From: Acidimicrobiia bacterium
GTDB lineage: Bacteria > Actinomycetota > Acidimicrobiia > Spongiisociales > ZC4RG35
Length of the DNA: 64,000 nt
Assembly: GCA_035281645.1 (NCBI GenBank)
Contig: DATEDN010000079.1
Span: 9,407 to 73,406 of the forward strand
Direction: 5' to 3'
The translations under genes and the position numbers were made by a program. Of this stretch, positions 26,849 through 34,927 are shown piece by piece (positions within the stretch are counted from its first letter, which is position 1; each line of letters opens with the position of its first letter). Below the pieces are notes generated by a model. That model made no database searches, was not told the DNA's origin, and was given only the letters and a program-made list of their open reading frames with translations.

Positions 26849-27798
26849 CCGGCCCCTGCCAGCCGAATTCGGGGATTGAGCCAGGAATATGCGAGGTCGG
26901 CGAGCAACATCGAAGCCTGGAAAACCGCCCCGACCACCAAGACCCCCCCGGCGAGGAGAGGAAAATCGGCATTCTGGGCGGCGTTGTACAGCAACTGGCC
27001 GATTCCTTGGTAAGAGAAAAGGACCTCGACTACCACCAGACCGCCGATCAGATACCCCACCTGGGAAGCGACCACTGCAATGGTGGGTAGCAAGGCATTT
27101 CGCAGCACTTCGCGCCGGATCACGACCCGCCGAGGGAGACCCTTGAGAATCGCCGTCCGGGTGTAGTCGGCTTCCATTGCCTCAACCACTCCGGCCCGGG
27201 TGATGCGGGCGATATATCCAAACAACACCAGCGTCAAGCAGATTGCGGGCAGGAGCAGGTAGCGGAGCTGGGTGAAAAAACCCGAACCCCTGGGTGCCGA
27301 GGCGGTGCCAGGCAGCCACCCGAGGACGACTGCAAAGACCAGGATCAACACGATCCCGGAGACGAACTCCGGAATCACCGTGGCGGAGAGCCCGCCGACA
27401 GTGATGAGGCGGTCGGTGAGCCTTCCCCGCCGCAAGGCGGCCACGATTCCGCCGAAGATTGACAAGGGAACCACGATCACGAAGGCAAGGGCGCCCAGCT
27501 TGGCCGAGTTGATCAGAGCCCTCCTCACCAGCTCGGATACCGGTCGGGCAAAGGTGATCGAATCTCCGAGATCGCCGGTGACGGCACCGCCGATCCAATC
27601 GGCGTACTGGACCAGTGCCGGCCGGTCGGTTCCCAGTCGGGCGTTGAGGGCGTCGACCGATTCCTGGGTGGCAAACGGGCCCAGCACCCGCCGGCCGACG
27701 TCTCCAGGAAGGAGCTGGGTCCCGATAAACACCAAGACACTCAGGAGGGCAAGCGTGATCAAGGCGAGACCACTGCGGCGCAATATGAACCTAGCCAT
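26845..27798 (-). CDS. ABC transporter permease (DppB/OppB-like)
   Basis: 317 aa. MARFILRRSGLALITLALLSVLVFIGTQLLPGD is the classical DppB N-terminus. Confidence 0.85.
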   Translation of the reverse strand: MARFILRRSGLALITLALLSVLVFIGTQLLPGDVGRRVLGPFATQESVDALNARLGTDRPALVQYADWIGGAVTGDLGDSITFARPVSELVRRALINSAKLGALAFVIVVPLSIFGGIVAALRRGRLTDRLITVGGLSATVIPEFVSGIVLILVFAVVLGWLPGTASAPRGSGFFTQLRYLLLPAICLTLVLFGYIARITRAGVVEAMEADYTRTAILKGLPRRVVIRREVLRNALLPTIAVVASQVGYLIGGLVVVEVLFSYQGIGQLLYNAAQNADFPLLAGGVLVVGAVFQASMLLADLAYSWLNPRIRLAGAG

Positions 27799-27854
27799 CT
27801 AGCGCCGATCGCACTCGCCCGCCGAAGTTGTCGAGGTGGATCGTTGTCCCTAGG

Positions 27855-29633
27855 TCAGGCGAAGGTGCTGTTGATCAAATCGACGTGGCCCATACCAGTG
27901 ACCGCAATTCCCGAGAAGTTCGGTTGCGTGATGGTGATGTGGTCGACGTAGTAGGGGACGATGAACGGCACCTCGTCGTTCAGCAGGGTCTGGATCTCTC
28001 CGGCCAGCTGACGCTGAACGTCGAGATCCGGAGCGCTGGCGAACTGGGCATAAAGGTCGTCGTAGGCCTCATTCACCCAGTGCGAAGCGTTCCAGGTCCC
28101 GTCGCTGAGGAGGGGCGCTGCCATATAGACATTCGGCACTCCCCGATGGCCATAGTTGACGATTCCCATCGATCCGGCCGCAGCCAGCCAGTAGTCGTTG
28201 TAATAGGTCCCGGAGTCATACACCCCAACCTGGAGGTCAATGCCCACCTGAGAGGCCGAGGCCTGAATCAGCTGGGCAAGATCCTCTACCTCGGCAAACT
28301 GCAAGGTATCGAGTGCTGCCGAAAAGCTTCCGACTCCGGCGGCATCCAACAGGCCCTGGGCGGCGGTTAAGTCCTCCTCTCGTTGGGCAGGGGTGTCGGG
28401 GTTGTACATGGGGAAGAGCGACCAGATGGGATGGTCATTGCCTACGGTCCCATAGCCCGCCAAAAGCCCGTCGATCAAAACCTGACGATTGAGCGTCAGT
28501 GCCACAGCTTGGCGAACTCGCTTGTCATTGAAAGGCGGCGCCGAGGTATCGAAGTACACCTGCCGGTGCTGGGCGGTGGAGATGCTGGCGACGTTCGCAT
28601 CCGGGCTCTCCAAGAGTGCTTGCCCGCCAGAGGAGGAAATGTGGGGGATGGTGTCCACCCGTCCCTCTTGGAAAGCACTGACTGCCACTGCCTCGTCGTC
28701 GTACCAGAGCACCTCGAGGCGCTCCGGCTGGGCGCTGTTATCGCCCCAGTAGTTCTGGTTCTTGACAAACGAGGCCGAAACACCTTGCTCGAAGTTTTCG
28801 ATCTGCCAGATCCCCGTGCCGGGAAACTCGGCTTCGTAACTGCCCTCCGCATAGTTGTCCCAGAAGGAGGCGGGGACGATGATGGCGTTGTAGTTGTCTG
28901 AGCTGACGAAGAACGGAAAGCTCCCGTTGGGACGTGCGAGCGTGAACTCGACCGTGGCGTCGTCGAGAGCGACGATGTTCGCTGGGTCGACTCCGAACGT
29001 CTCGTAGGCCGAAGCGGCATTGCCCTCGGCAATATTGTTAAAGACAGCTACTACATCAGCGGCCATCATCGGGGAGCCGTCGTGATAGGTAACGCCTTGT
29101 CGAAGGTGGAACGTCCAGACGTCGAGGGTGTCATTGGGCTCCCAGCTCTCCGCCAGGACCGGGATCAGGTTGAGTTCGGCGTCGGAAAAGGTCAGGTACT
29201 GACCGGTCTGCCCGAGAATCGCCAGGCGCCCCTCGTCGTTCGTTAACACTGGATCAATCGCCCCGGCGGGGGTGATCATCGCCGCGCGGATGGTGCCGCT
29301 TCCGGCCGCACCGGTGGTTCCCGTGGCGCCGGTGGTGGCAGTCGCACCGGTGGTAGTCGGCCCACCAGCCGTCGTTGCCGCGCCGCCGAGGGTGGTAGTG
29401 ACGTCGTCTGAGGCGCAGGCGGTGGCCACAAAGCCCAGAACGGACAACGACATACCGACCATCGTCCCCCGTCGGATGAAGTCGCGGCGGGTGATCTTGC
29501 CAGCCGCATATTCGTCGATGATGTGGTTCTCGATCGGGCTCGCTTTCCGCCGGATGGCGTCTAGTCGCTCCCGAACGAACGGGCTTTTCCTGGCTCTCAT
29601 CTTGATTCTCCTCATTCCGGCGGACCTGTTCAC
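27855..29633 (-). CDS. ABC substrate-binding protein, family 5 (peptide/opine/nickel type), Tat-lipoprotein
   Basis: Twin-arginine motif RRDFIRRG followed by lipobox VATAC, a Thr/Gly/Ala linker and a family-5 body of about 500 aa. The exact start (29633, 29615 or 29600) is uncertain. Confidence 0.85.
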   Translation of the reverse strand: MNRSAGMRRIKMRARKSPFVRERLDAIRRKASPIENHIIDEYAAGKITRRDFIRRGTMVGMSLSVLGFVATACASDDVTTTLGGAATTAGGPTTTGATATTGATGTTGAAGSGTIRAAMITPAGAIDPVLTNDEGRLAILGQTGQYLTFSDAELNLIPVLAESWEPNDTLDVWTFHLRQGVTYHDGSPMMAADVVAVFNNIAEGNAASAYETFGVDPANIVALDDATVEFTLARPNGSFPFFVSSDNYNAIIVPASFWDNYAEGSYEAEFPGTGIWQIENFEQGVSASFVKNQNYWGDNSAQPERLEVLWYDDEAVAVSAFQEGRVDTIPHISSSGGQALLESPDANVASISTAQHRQVYFDTSAPPFNDKRVRQAVALTLNRQVLIDGLLAGYGTVGNDHPIWSLFPMYNPDTPAQREEDLTAAQGLLDAAGVGSFSAALDTLQFAEVEDLAQLIQASASQVGIDLQVGVYDSGTYYNDYWLAAAGSMGIVNYGHRGVPNVYMAAPLLSDGTWNASHWVNEAYDDLYAQFASAPDLDVQRQLAGEIQTLLNDEVPFIVPYYVDHITITQPNFSGIAVTGMGHVDLINSTFA

Positions 29634-29692
29634 TCGATCGAAGTCCGCGATATTCCCACCATACCGATCGACGGCCTCGTCAGGGCCGAAAA

Positions 29693-31240
29693 CTAGGACT
29701 CGGGAGGTGCGCCCCCCTCGGCGGTCCGCCGGCTGACGAATTCGTCCAGCTCTTGCTTGATGCCGTCGTCGAGAGCGGGGGGCTCAAAGTCGGCAAGTAT
29801 CTGCTTCCAGACGGCATTGGCCCGTTGAGCGGCGGTCAACGAACCGCCTTCCTCCCACTGACCAAAGTTTGCCCTGGTGAAGACCACCGGCTCGTAAAAT
29901 GCCTTCTCATATCGCTCCAACGTGTGGTCAATGCCGAAGAAATGGCCCCCAGGCTGCACGGTGTGGATCGCTTCGAGCCCCATCTCGCCCGCCGACGAAT
30001 CCAGGGGCAAGAACAACTCCGCAAACATCTGTGCCATCTCGACGTCGAGGATGAACTTCTCATAGGACGCCGACAGACCTGACTCGAGCCAGCCGGCCGT
30101 GTGCAAGATGAAGTTCGCACCCCCCAAGGCGGCGCCCATCATGTTCATCATTGACTCGTAGCCCGCTTGGGCGTCAGGGATGTTCGACGTGCAAACCGCC
30201 GATGACCGCCAGGGGAGCCCGATGTGGCGCGCCAGCTGGCCGCTGGCAAAGGCCGCCTTGGCGGCCTCGGGAGTACCGAAGGCCGGGGCTCCCGACCGCA
30301 TATCGACATTGGAGGTGAATGCCCCGTAGACCACCGGAGCTCCGCTGCGACTTATCTGTGACAGAGTGATGCCAGCCAGGGCCTCGGCGTGCTGTAGCAC
30401 CAGGGCACCGGCGAGCGTGACCGGTGCCATTGCCCCCGAGAGGGTGAAAGGGGTCACGATCGCGGGCTGATTCATCTCGGCAAACTGAATCACCCCTAGG
30501 GCCATGGGGACGTCGAGTTGGCGAGGTGAGTTGGTATTGATGACCGTGTAGCAGTAGTGACCGGCGGAGAATTCGTCCTCGGAGAGACCCAAGCCGATCC
30601 GCAACATCTCGAGACAGTCCGTCACCTGCCCAATTCCGCGGGAGTAGATGAACGGCGCCTTGTCCGAAAGGGCCAGATAAGCCCTAGTGGTTTCGAGGTG
30701 GCGGAAGTTGACCGGGACGTCCTGGGGCTCCACCTGTTGACTGGTGACATGGATCACGTCAAAGGCCTGGGATAGCCGCAGCAGGTCGGAAAAGTCTTGG
30801 AGCGTTCCCGACCGCCGCCCGCGATCGAGATCGACCGCATGCGGAGGTCCGCCTACCGGTGCCAGCACGACGTTGTACCCGCCGATCCGGACATTTCTCT
30901 CGGGGTTGCGGGCTACCAATTCGAATTCGGCCGGAGCCGACTTCAAGGCGGAGCTAACGAGCTCGGGGTCGATTCTGACCATGAAGTCAGCATCAACCGA
31001 CGCACCGGCCTTCTCGAAACGGCGTCGGCCATCCTCAAGCAGAACCTTGATCCCGTCCTCGGCGAGAATCGTCAGAGCGGCCTGGTGGATCCCGGCGATT
31101 TCGTCGTCGCTCAGAACCCGGAGCGGTTGGAAGGGGTTGATCAAACGCCGGTAACGCGGCTCCACCCGACCGGCAAGAGGCTGCCTCTCACGCCGGGGCC
31201 GCCTGCGAGTAGCCACTTCGGAGCCAGCTTGCTGGTTCAC
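29693..31240 (-). CDS. MttB-superfamily (trimethylamine methyltransferase family) protein, non-pyrrolysine, paralog 1
   Basis: 515-aa uninterrupted ORF with a GTG start and no in-frame TAG. MttB-family blocks include INPFQPLRVLSDDEIAGIHQAALTILAEDG and TPFTLSGAMAPVT...FTSNVDMRSGAPAFGTPE. Confidence 0.85.
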   Translation of the reverse strand: MNQQAGSEVATRRRPRRERQPLAGRVEPRYRRLINPFQPLRVLSDDEIAGIHQAALTILAEDGIKVLLEDGRRRFEKAGASVDADFMVRIDPELVSSALKSAPAEFELVARNPERNVRIGGYNVVLAPVGGPPHAVDLDRGRRSGTLQDFSDLLRLSQAFDVIHVTSQQVEPQDVPVNFRHLETTRAYLALSDKAPFIYSRGIGQVTDCLEMLRIGLGLSEDEFSAGHYCYTVINTNSPRQLDVPMALGVIQFAEMNQPAIVTPFTLSGAMAPVTLAGALVLQHAEALAGITLSQISRSGAPVVYGAFTSNVDMRSGAPAFGTPEAAKAAFASGQLARHIGLPWRSSAVCTSNIPDAQAGYESMMNMMGAALGGANFILHTAGWLESGLSASYEKFILDVEMAQMFAELFLPLDSSAGEMGLEAIHTVQPGGHFFGIDHTLERYEKAFYEPVVFTRANFGQWEEGGSLTAAQRANAVWKQILADFEPPALDDGIKQELDEFVSRRTAEGGAPPES

Positions 31241-31262
31241 GACTGAACTCTACGATCCAGAT

Positions 31263-33701
31263 GTGGCACGGCAGGCGAGCGTGGTGGTGATCGGTGCCGG
31301 GATCATCGGCTCGAGCGTCGCTTATCACCTGGCCGACCTCGGAGTCGAGGGAATCGTCGTACTCGACAAGGGAGCGCTAGCGGACAACGACGGCTCCACA
31401 TCGCACGCCCCCGGCGGTCTCCGCACTCTCACCATCTCGAAGTTTTTCACCAGGCTCGGAATCGCCTCGCGCCAGCTCTACGACCTCCTACCGCTCGCCG
31501 AGCCCGGTCAAGAGCAGTTCTTTCGCACGGGATTTCTTCAGGTGGCCTCGTCGGTGGCACGCTTCGAGAGTTACAAGCGCATTCAAGAGATCGGCTCGAG
31601 CCTCGGGGTTCCCTCCGCCCTCCTGTCGCCCGAGCAAACCGCCGAGATGATCCCTCTTCTCGACTCCTCCCAGATCATCGGCGGAATGTTTTCGCCGACT
31701 TCCGGAGTGATCAAAACCAGCCTGGTGGCGACCTCGATGCAACATGTCGCGGCCGCAACCGGTCGAGCAGTCTTTTACTCCGACACCGAAGTCACGGATG
31801 TTGTGGTCGAGGGTGGCCGCGTTCGCGGGGTGAGGACCTCCAATCCCGAGATCGAACGAATCGAATGTCCGCAGGTCGTCCTCTGCACGAACATCTGGGC
31901 GCCAGTGCTGGCGGCGAAGGTCGGAATCAATATGCCGCTCTTCCCCGGCGAGCATCAATACATCTTCACGACCCCGGTTCCGGATCTCGCCGATCGAGCC
32001 GATCGCGAGGTCACCATGCCCATCTCCACGATCGACGATATCTCGATCTATTTTCGCCAGCATCACGACCGGCTAGGGATCGGTAGCTACCACCACGAAG
32101 CGCGGCTGGTCGACCCATGGGCGTTGCCGAAACGAGCCCAGCTTCCGTTCACTCCAGCCGACTTCGACGAGGCGTGGCACTTGATGCGGAAGCACCTTCC
32201 GGCTCTGCATCAAGTCGAAGTAGATACCGGATTCAACGGCATGTTCTCTTTCACCGCCGACCACTATCCAATTCTGGGCGAGTCCCCCATCAAGGGTCTA
32301 TGGGCAGCTGTGGGAGCCTGGCTCTCCTATGCCTCGGAGGTGGGAAAGGTGATGGCCCGCTGGATCACGGAAGGTGATCCAGGAATGGACGTGTCCGTGG
32401 CCGACATCAACCGCTTTCACGATCACCAGTCCAATCACTCGTTTCTATCCCGGCAAAGCAAATATTTCTACGAGATTGGTTTTGACATCCTTCATCCCAA
32501 CGAGGTGGCCTCCTCGGTGCGCAACCTCCGACTTGCTCCCTACCACGATCGCACCGAACGGTTGGGCGCGGTCTACGTCCCCTTCGCCGGCTACGAGACT
32601 CCCTACTACTACGAGTCCAACGGCCCCCTCGTGGATCGATATTCAGATCGAATCCCGCGCCGGCAGGGATACGACGCCACTTCTTGGTCGCCGATCATTG
32701 GGGCCGAGCACCTGGCGTTGCGCGAAAAGGCCGGGTTGATCGATTGGTCGGCGTCGATTGGCCCCGTCGAGGTCTCGGGCCCGGGGAGTCTCTCCTTCTT
32801 GCAGTACCTGTGCACGAACAACATCGACATTTCCATCGGAGCGGCTACTTACACCCTGGTCCTCACTCCGCGAGGGACCGTCAAGCGGGACGTAACCATC
32901 GCTCGCCTCTCCCAGGAGCGCTTTTGGCTGCTGACGGGAAAGTCCAACCTTCCAGCGGAACTGGCCTATTACCGGTCATTTGCCCCAGCCGACGGATCGG
33001 TACAGATCGTCGATCGCTCCGAGCAGTTTGCCGCAGTCGGGCTATGGGGCCCCAGGGCCCGTGAGATCCTCGAGGCGGTCACGGACGCCAACCTTTCCAA
33101 CGAGGCGTTTCCCTGGTACTCGGTACGACACATTGGAGTGGGCATGGCTCCGGCAACGGCCCTTCGCATCTCATATGTGGGCGAGTTGGGCTGGGAGATT
33201 TACGTTCCCGCGAGCTTCGGACGTCATCTTTGGGACGCCCTCTGGAGTGCCGGGAGAGATCACGGCCTCACGGCAGTGGGCATGGCTTCCCTGTTCTCGT
33301 TGCGAATCGAAAAGGGCTACCGCCTGATCGGCAGCGATCTCAACCCCGAAATCACACCTCGACAGGCCCAAATGTCGTGGTTGCTCGACAAAAGCAAAGA
33401 TTTTCTCGGGCGGGACGGCGCCTCTGCCGATGGACACCGTTTGGCGACACTCCGCTTCGATGATCCGGCTGCCCTTATGTACTCGTGGACTCCGGTCTAC
33501 CGCTTAGACGACGTGGTCGGCTGGATAGCAAGCGGAGAATTCGGTTACTCGGTAGGCGCCTTCATCGCCCATGCGTTCGTTCCACAAGAGCTCACAGTGC
33601 CGGGTACGAGGCTACGGGTCCGATACACCGGCCAATTCTTCGAAGGGGAAGTGGTCAAAGGACCCCTCTGGGATCCCACCAACCTCCGCCTCAGGGCCTA
33701 G
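31263..33701 (+). CDS. dimethylglycine oxidase/dehydrogenase-like flavoenzyme (DAO domain + GcvT folate domain), paralog 1
   Basis: 812 aa. VVVIGAGIIGSSVAYHL FAD motif, GSTSHAPGG (candidate covalent-flavin His region), and a C-terminal aminomethyltransferase-type domain (SYVGELGWEIYVP, LRIEKGY). Confidence 0.85.
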   Translation: MARQASVVVIGAGIIGSSVAYHLADLGVEGIVVLDKGALADNDGSTSHAPGGLRTLTISKFFTRLGIASRQLYDLLPLAEPGQEQFFRTGFLQVASSVARFESYKRIQEIGSSLGVPSALLSPEQTAEMIPLLDSSQIIGGMFSPTSGVIKTSLVATSMQHVAAATGRAVFYSDTEVTDVVVEGGRVRGVRTSNPEIERIECPQVVLCTNIWAPVLAAKVGINMPLFPGEHQYIFTTPVPDLADRADREVTMPISTIDDISIYFRQHHDRLGIGSYHHEARLVDPWALPKRAQLPFTPADFDEAWHLMRKHLPALHQVEVDTGFNGMFSFTADHYPILGESPIKGLWAAVGAWLSYASEVGKVMARWITEGDPGMDVSVADINRFHDHQSNHSFLSRQSKYFYEIGFDILHPNEVASSVRNLRLAPYHDRTERLGAVYVPFAGYETPYYYESNGPLVDRYSDRIPRRQGYDATSWSPIIGAEHLALREKAGLIDWSASIGPVEVSGPGSLSFLQYLCTNNIDISIGAATYTLVLTPRGTVKRDVTIARLSQERFWLLTGKSNLPAELAYYRSFAPADGSVQIVDRSEQFAAVGLWGPRAREILEAVTDANLSNEAFPWYSVRHIGVGMAPATALRISYVGELGWEIYVPASFGRHLWDALWSAGRDHGLTAVGMASLFSLRIEKGYRLIGSDLNPEITPRQAQMSWLLDKSKDFLGRDGASADGHRLATLRFDDPAALMYSWTPVYRLDDVVGWIASGEFGYSVGAFIAHAFVPQELTVPGTRLRVRYTGQFFEGEVVKGPLWDPTNLRLRA

Positions 33702-33733
33702 CCAGAGAATTCGCTTTAGCCTCCCCGGGCACC

Positions 33734-34927
33734 GTGAGTTTGCTTTGGAACGCTCGGGTAATCGATCGCGACGGGATCCGGGAAGGACTGGCGATCTCGA
33801 TCTCTGGTGACCGAATCGGCGCGATCGAGAAGGGCGGAGGCGACGCGCCGGCGGGGGCGATTGACCTTGCTGGCAAGTCCCTGCTGCCGGGGCTGATCGA
33901 CGCCCACAACCACTTCCTCTCCGAAACCGATCGCAGTCCCGGATTCGGGCCACCTCCGCCTCGGCATGGCGATGCTCCTCGCCCGCGCGCACTCGGGCAC
34001 TACATCCTGGCTGCCGCAGCGCGGGCGATAATCCGCAGTGGATTCACCAGCATCCGCGACGTCGGCTGTTATGACGACGAGGCTCTCGCCGCCGGTCAGG
34101 CGATCGATCTCGGACTGATCCCCGGGCCGCGCATCTTTTCATGTGGGCGGATCATCTCCGCCACCGCCCCAGGTGGGGCAATCTTTGGCTCCATGTACCG
34201 TGAAGCCGATGGCCCATGGGAAATGCGAAAAGCAGTTCGGGAGCAAATCCGGCGGGGTGGCCACTTCATCAAATTCATGGCCACCGGTGCCCGGTCGGTG
34301 GTCCTCGAGGATCCCGAGCCTCCGCAAATGACCACCGAGGAGATGACGGCGATTGTCGATGAGGCTCATCGGATGGGAGTTCGGGTGGCGGCTCACGCCG
34401 AGGGCCTGGAAGGTACGCGCTGGGCTCTTCGGGCCGGAGCCGACACCATCGAGCATGGGCTGGCATTGCATCGTGATCCCGAGTTGCTCGCCTTGATGGC
34501 CGCCAACGGAACCGTGCTGGTTCCCACTCTGACCACATTCCATGATCTGGCCGAACGCTTTGCCGACGAGTTCTCTCCGCCCCTGGTGGAGCAGGCCAAA
34601 CGACAGTTGGAGGAGGCTTACAAGACAGTCGCCGCCGCGCACGCGGCCGGGGTGACGATCGCGGTTGGCTATGACAGCGGACCTCCGGGCGCTTCGGCCC
34701 AGGAGATGCTTCGACTGGCGCATGCGGGCCTGAGCGGGATAGAGGTCATCGGCGCCGCCACTCGGGGCGGTGCAGCCGCCCTTGGGCGCGAAGATCTCGG
34801 ATCGATCAGGAGTGGCGCACTCGCTGACTTGGTGGTCGTGGATGGAGAGCCCGACCAAAATCTCGCCGTCCTGGGAGATCCGGAAGCCATCCATTTCGTC
34901 ATCAAGGGCGGGGAGTTGGTGTCGTGA
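33734..34927 (+). CDS. amidohydrolase-superfamily protein (COG1228-type; imidazolonepropionase/Xaa-Pro-dipeptidase relatives)
   Basis: PGLIDAHNHF metal-binding HxH motif, VAAHAEG, TIEHG, and a C-terminal ALADLVVVDG. The start is provisionally GTG 33734; the track ORF starts at 33485, inside the previous gene. Confidence 0.7.
   Translation: MSLLWNARVIDRDGIREGLAISISGDRIGAIEKGGGDAPAGAIDLAGKSLLPGLIDAHNHFLSETDRSPGFGPPPPRHGDAPRPRALGHYILAAAARAIIRSGFTSIRDVGCYDDEALAAGQAIDLGLIPGPRIFSCGRIISATAPGGAIFGSMYREADGPWEMRKAVREQIRRGGHFIKFMATGARSVVLEDPEPPQMTTEEMTAIVDEAHRMGVRVAAHAEGLEGTRWALRAGADTIEHGLALHRDPELLALMAANGTVLVPTLTTFHDLAERFADEFSPPLVEQAKRQLEEAYKTVAAAHAAGVTIAVGYDSGPPGASAQEMLRLAHAGLSGIEVIGAATRGGAAALGREDLGSIRSGALADLVVVDGEPDQNLAVLGDPEAIHFVIKGGELVS

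Noticed and set aside
29280-29420. Repetitive-looking GGTGG/GCCGC-rich DNA (also at about 1610-1690) that could be mistaken for a tandem repeat or CRISPR-like array.
   Set aside because: It encodes Thr/Gly/Ala-rich linkers immediately after the lipobox Cys of the substrate-binding lipoproteins (TTTLGGAATTAGGPTTTGATATTGATGTTGAAGSG; GGGDGATATSADGGTATTGAATGG). It has no regular repeat-spacer periodicity.
29693-31240. Possible pyrrolysine (in-frame UAG) recoding in the two MttB-family genes.
   Set aside because: Both genes are uninterrupted ORFs of full family length (515 and 509 aa) with no internal TAG. No pyl genes are seen. They are non-Pyl members.
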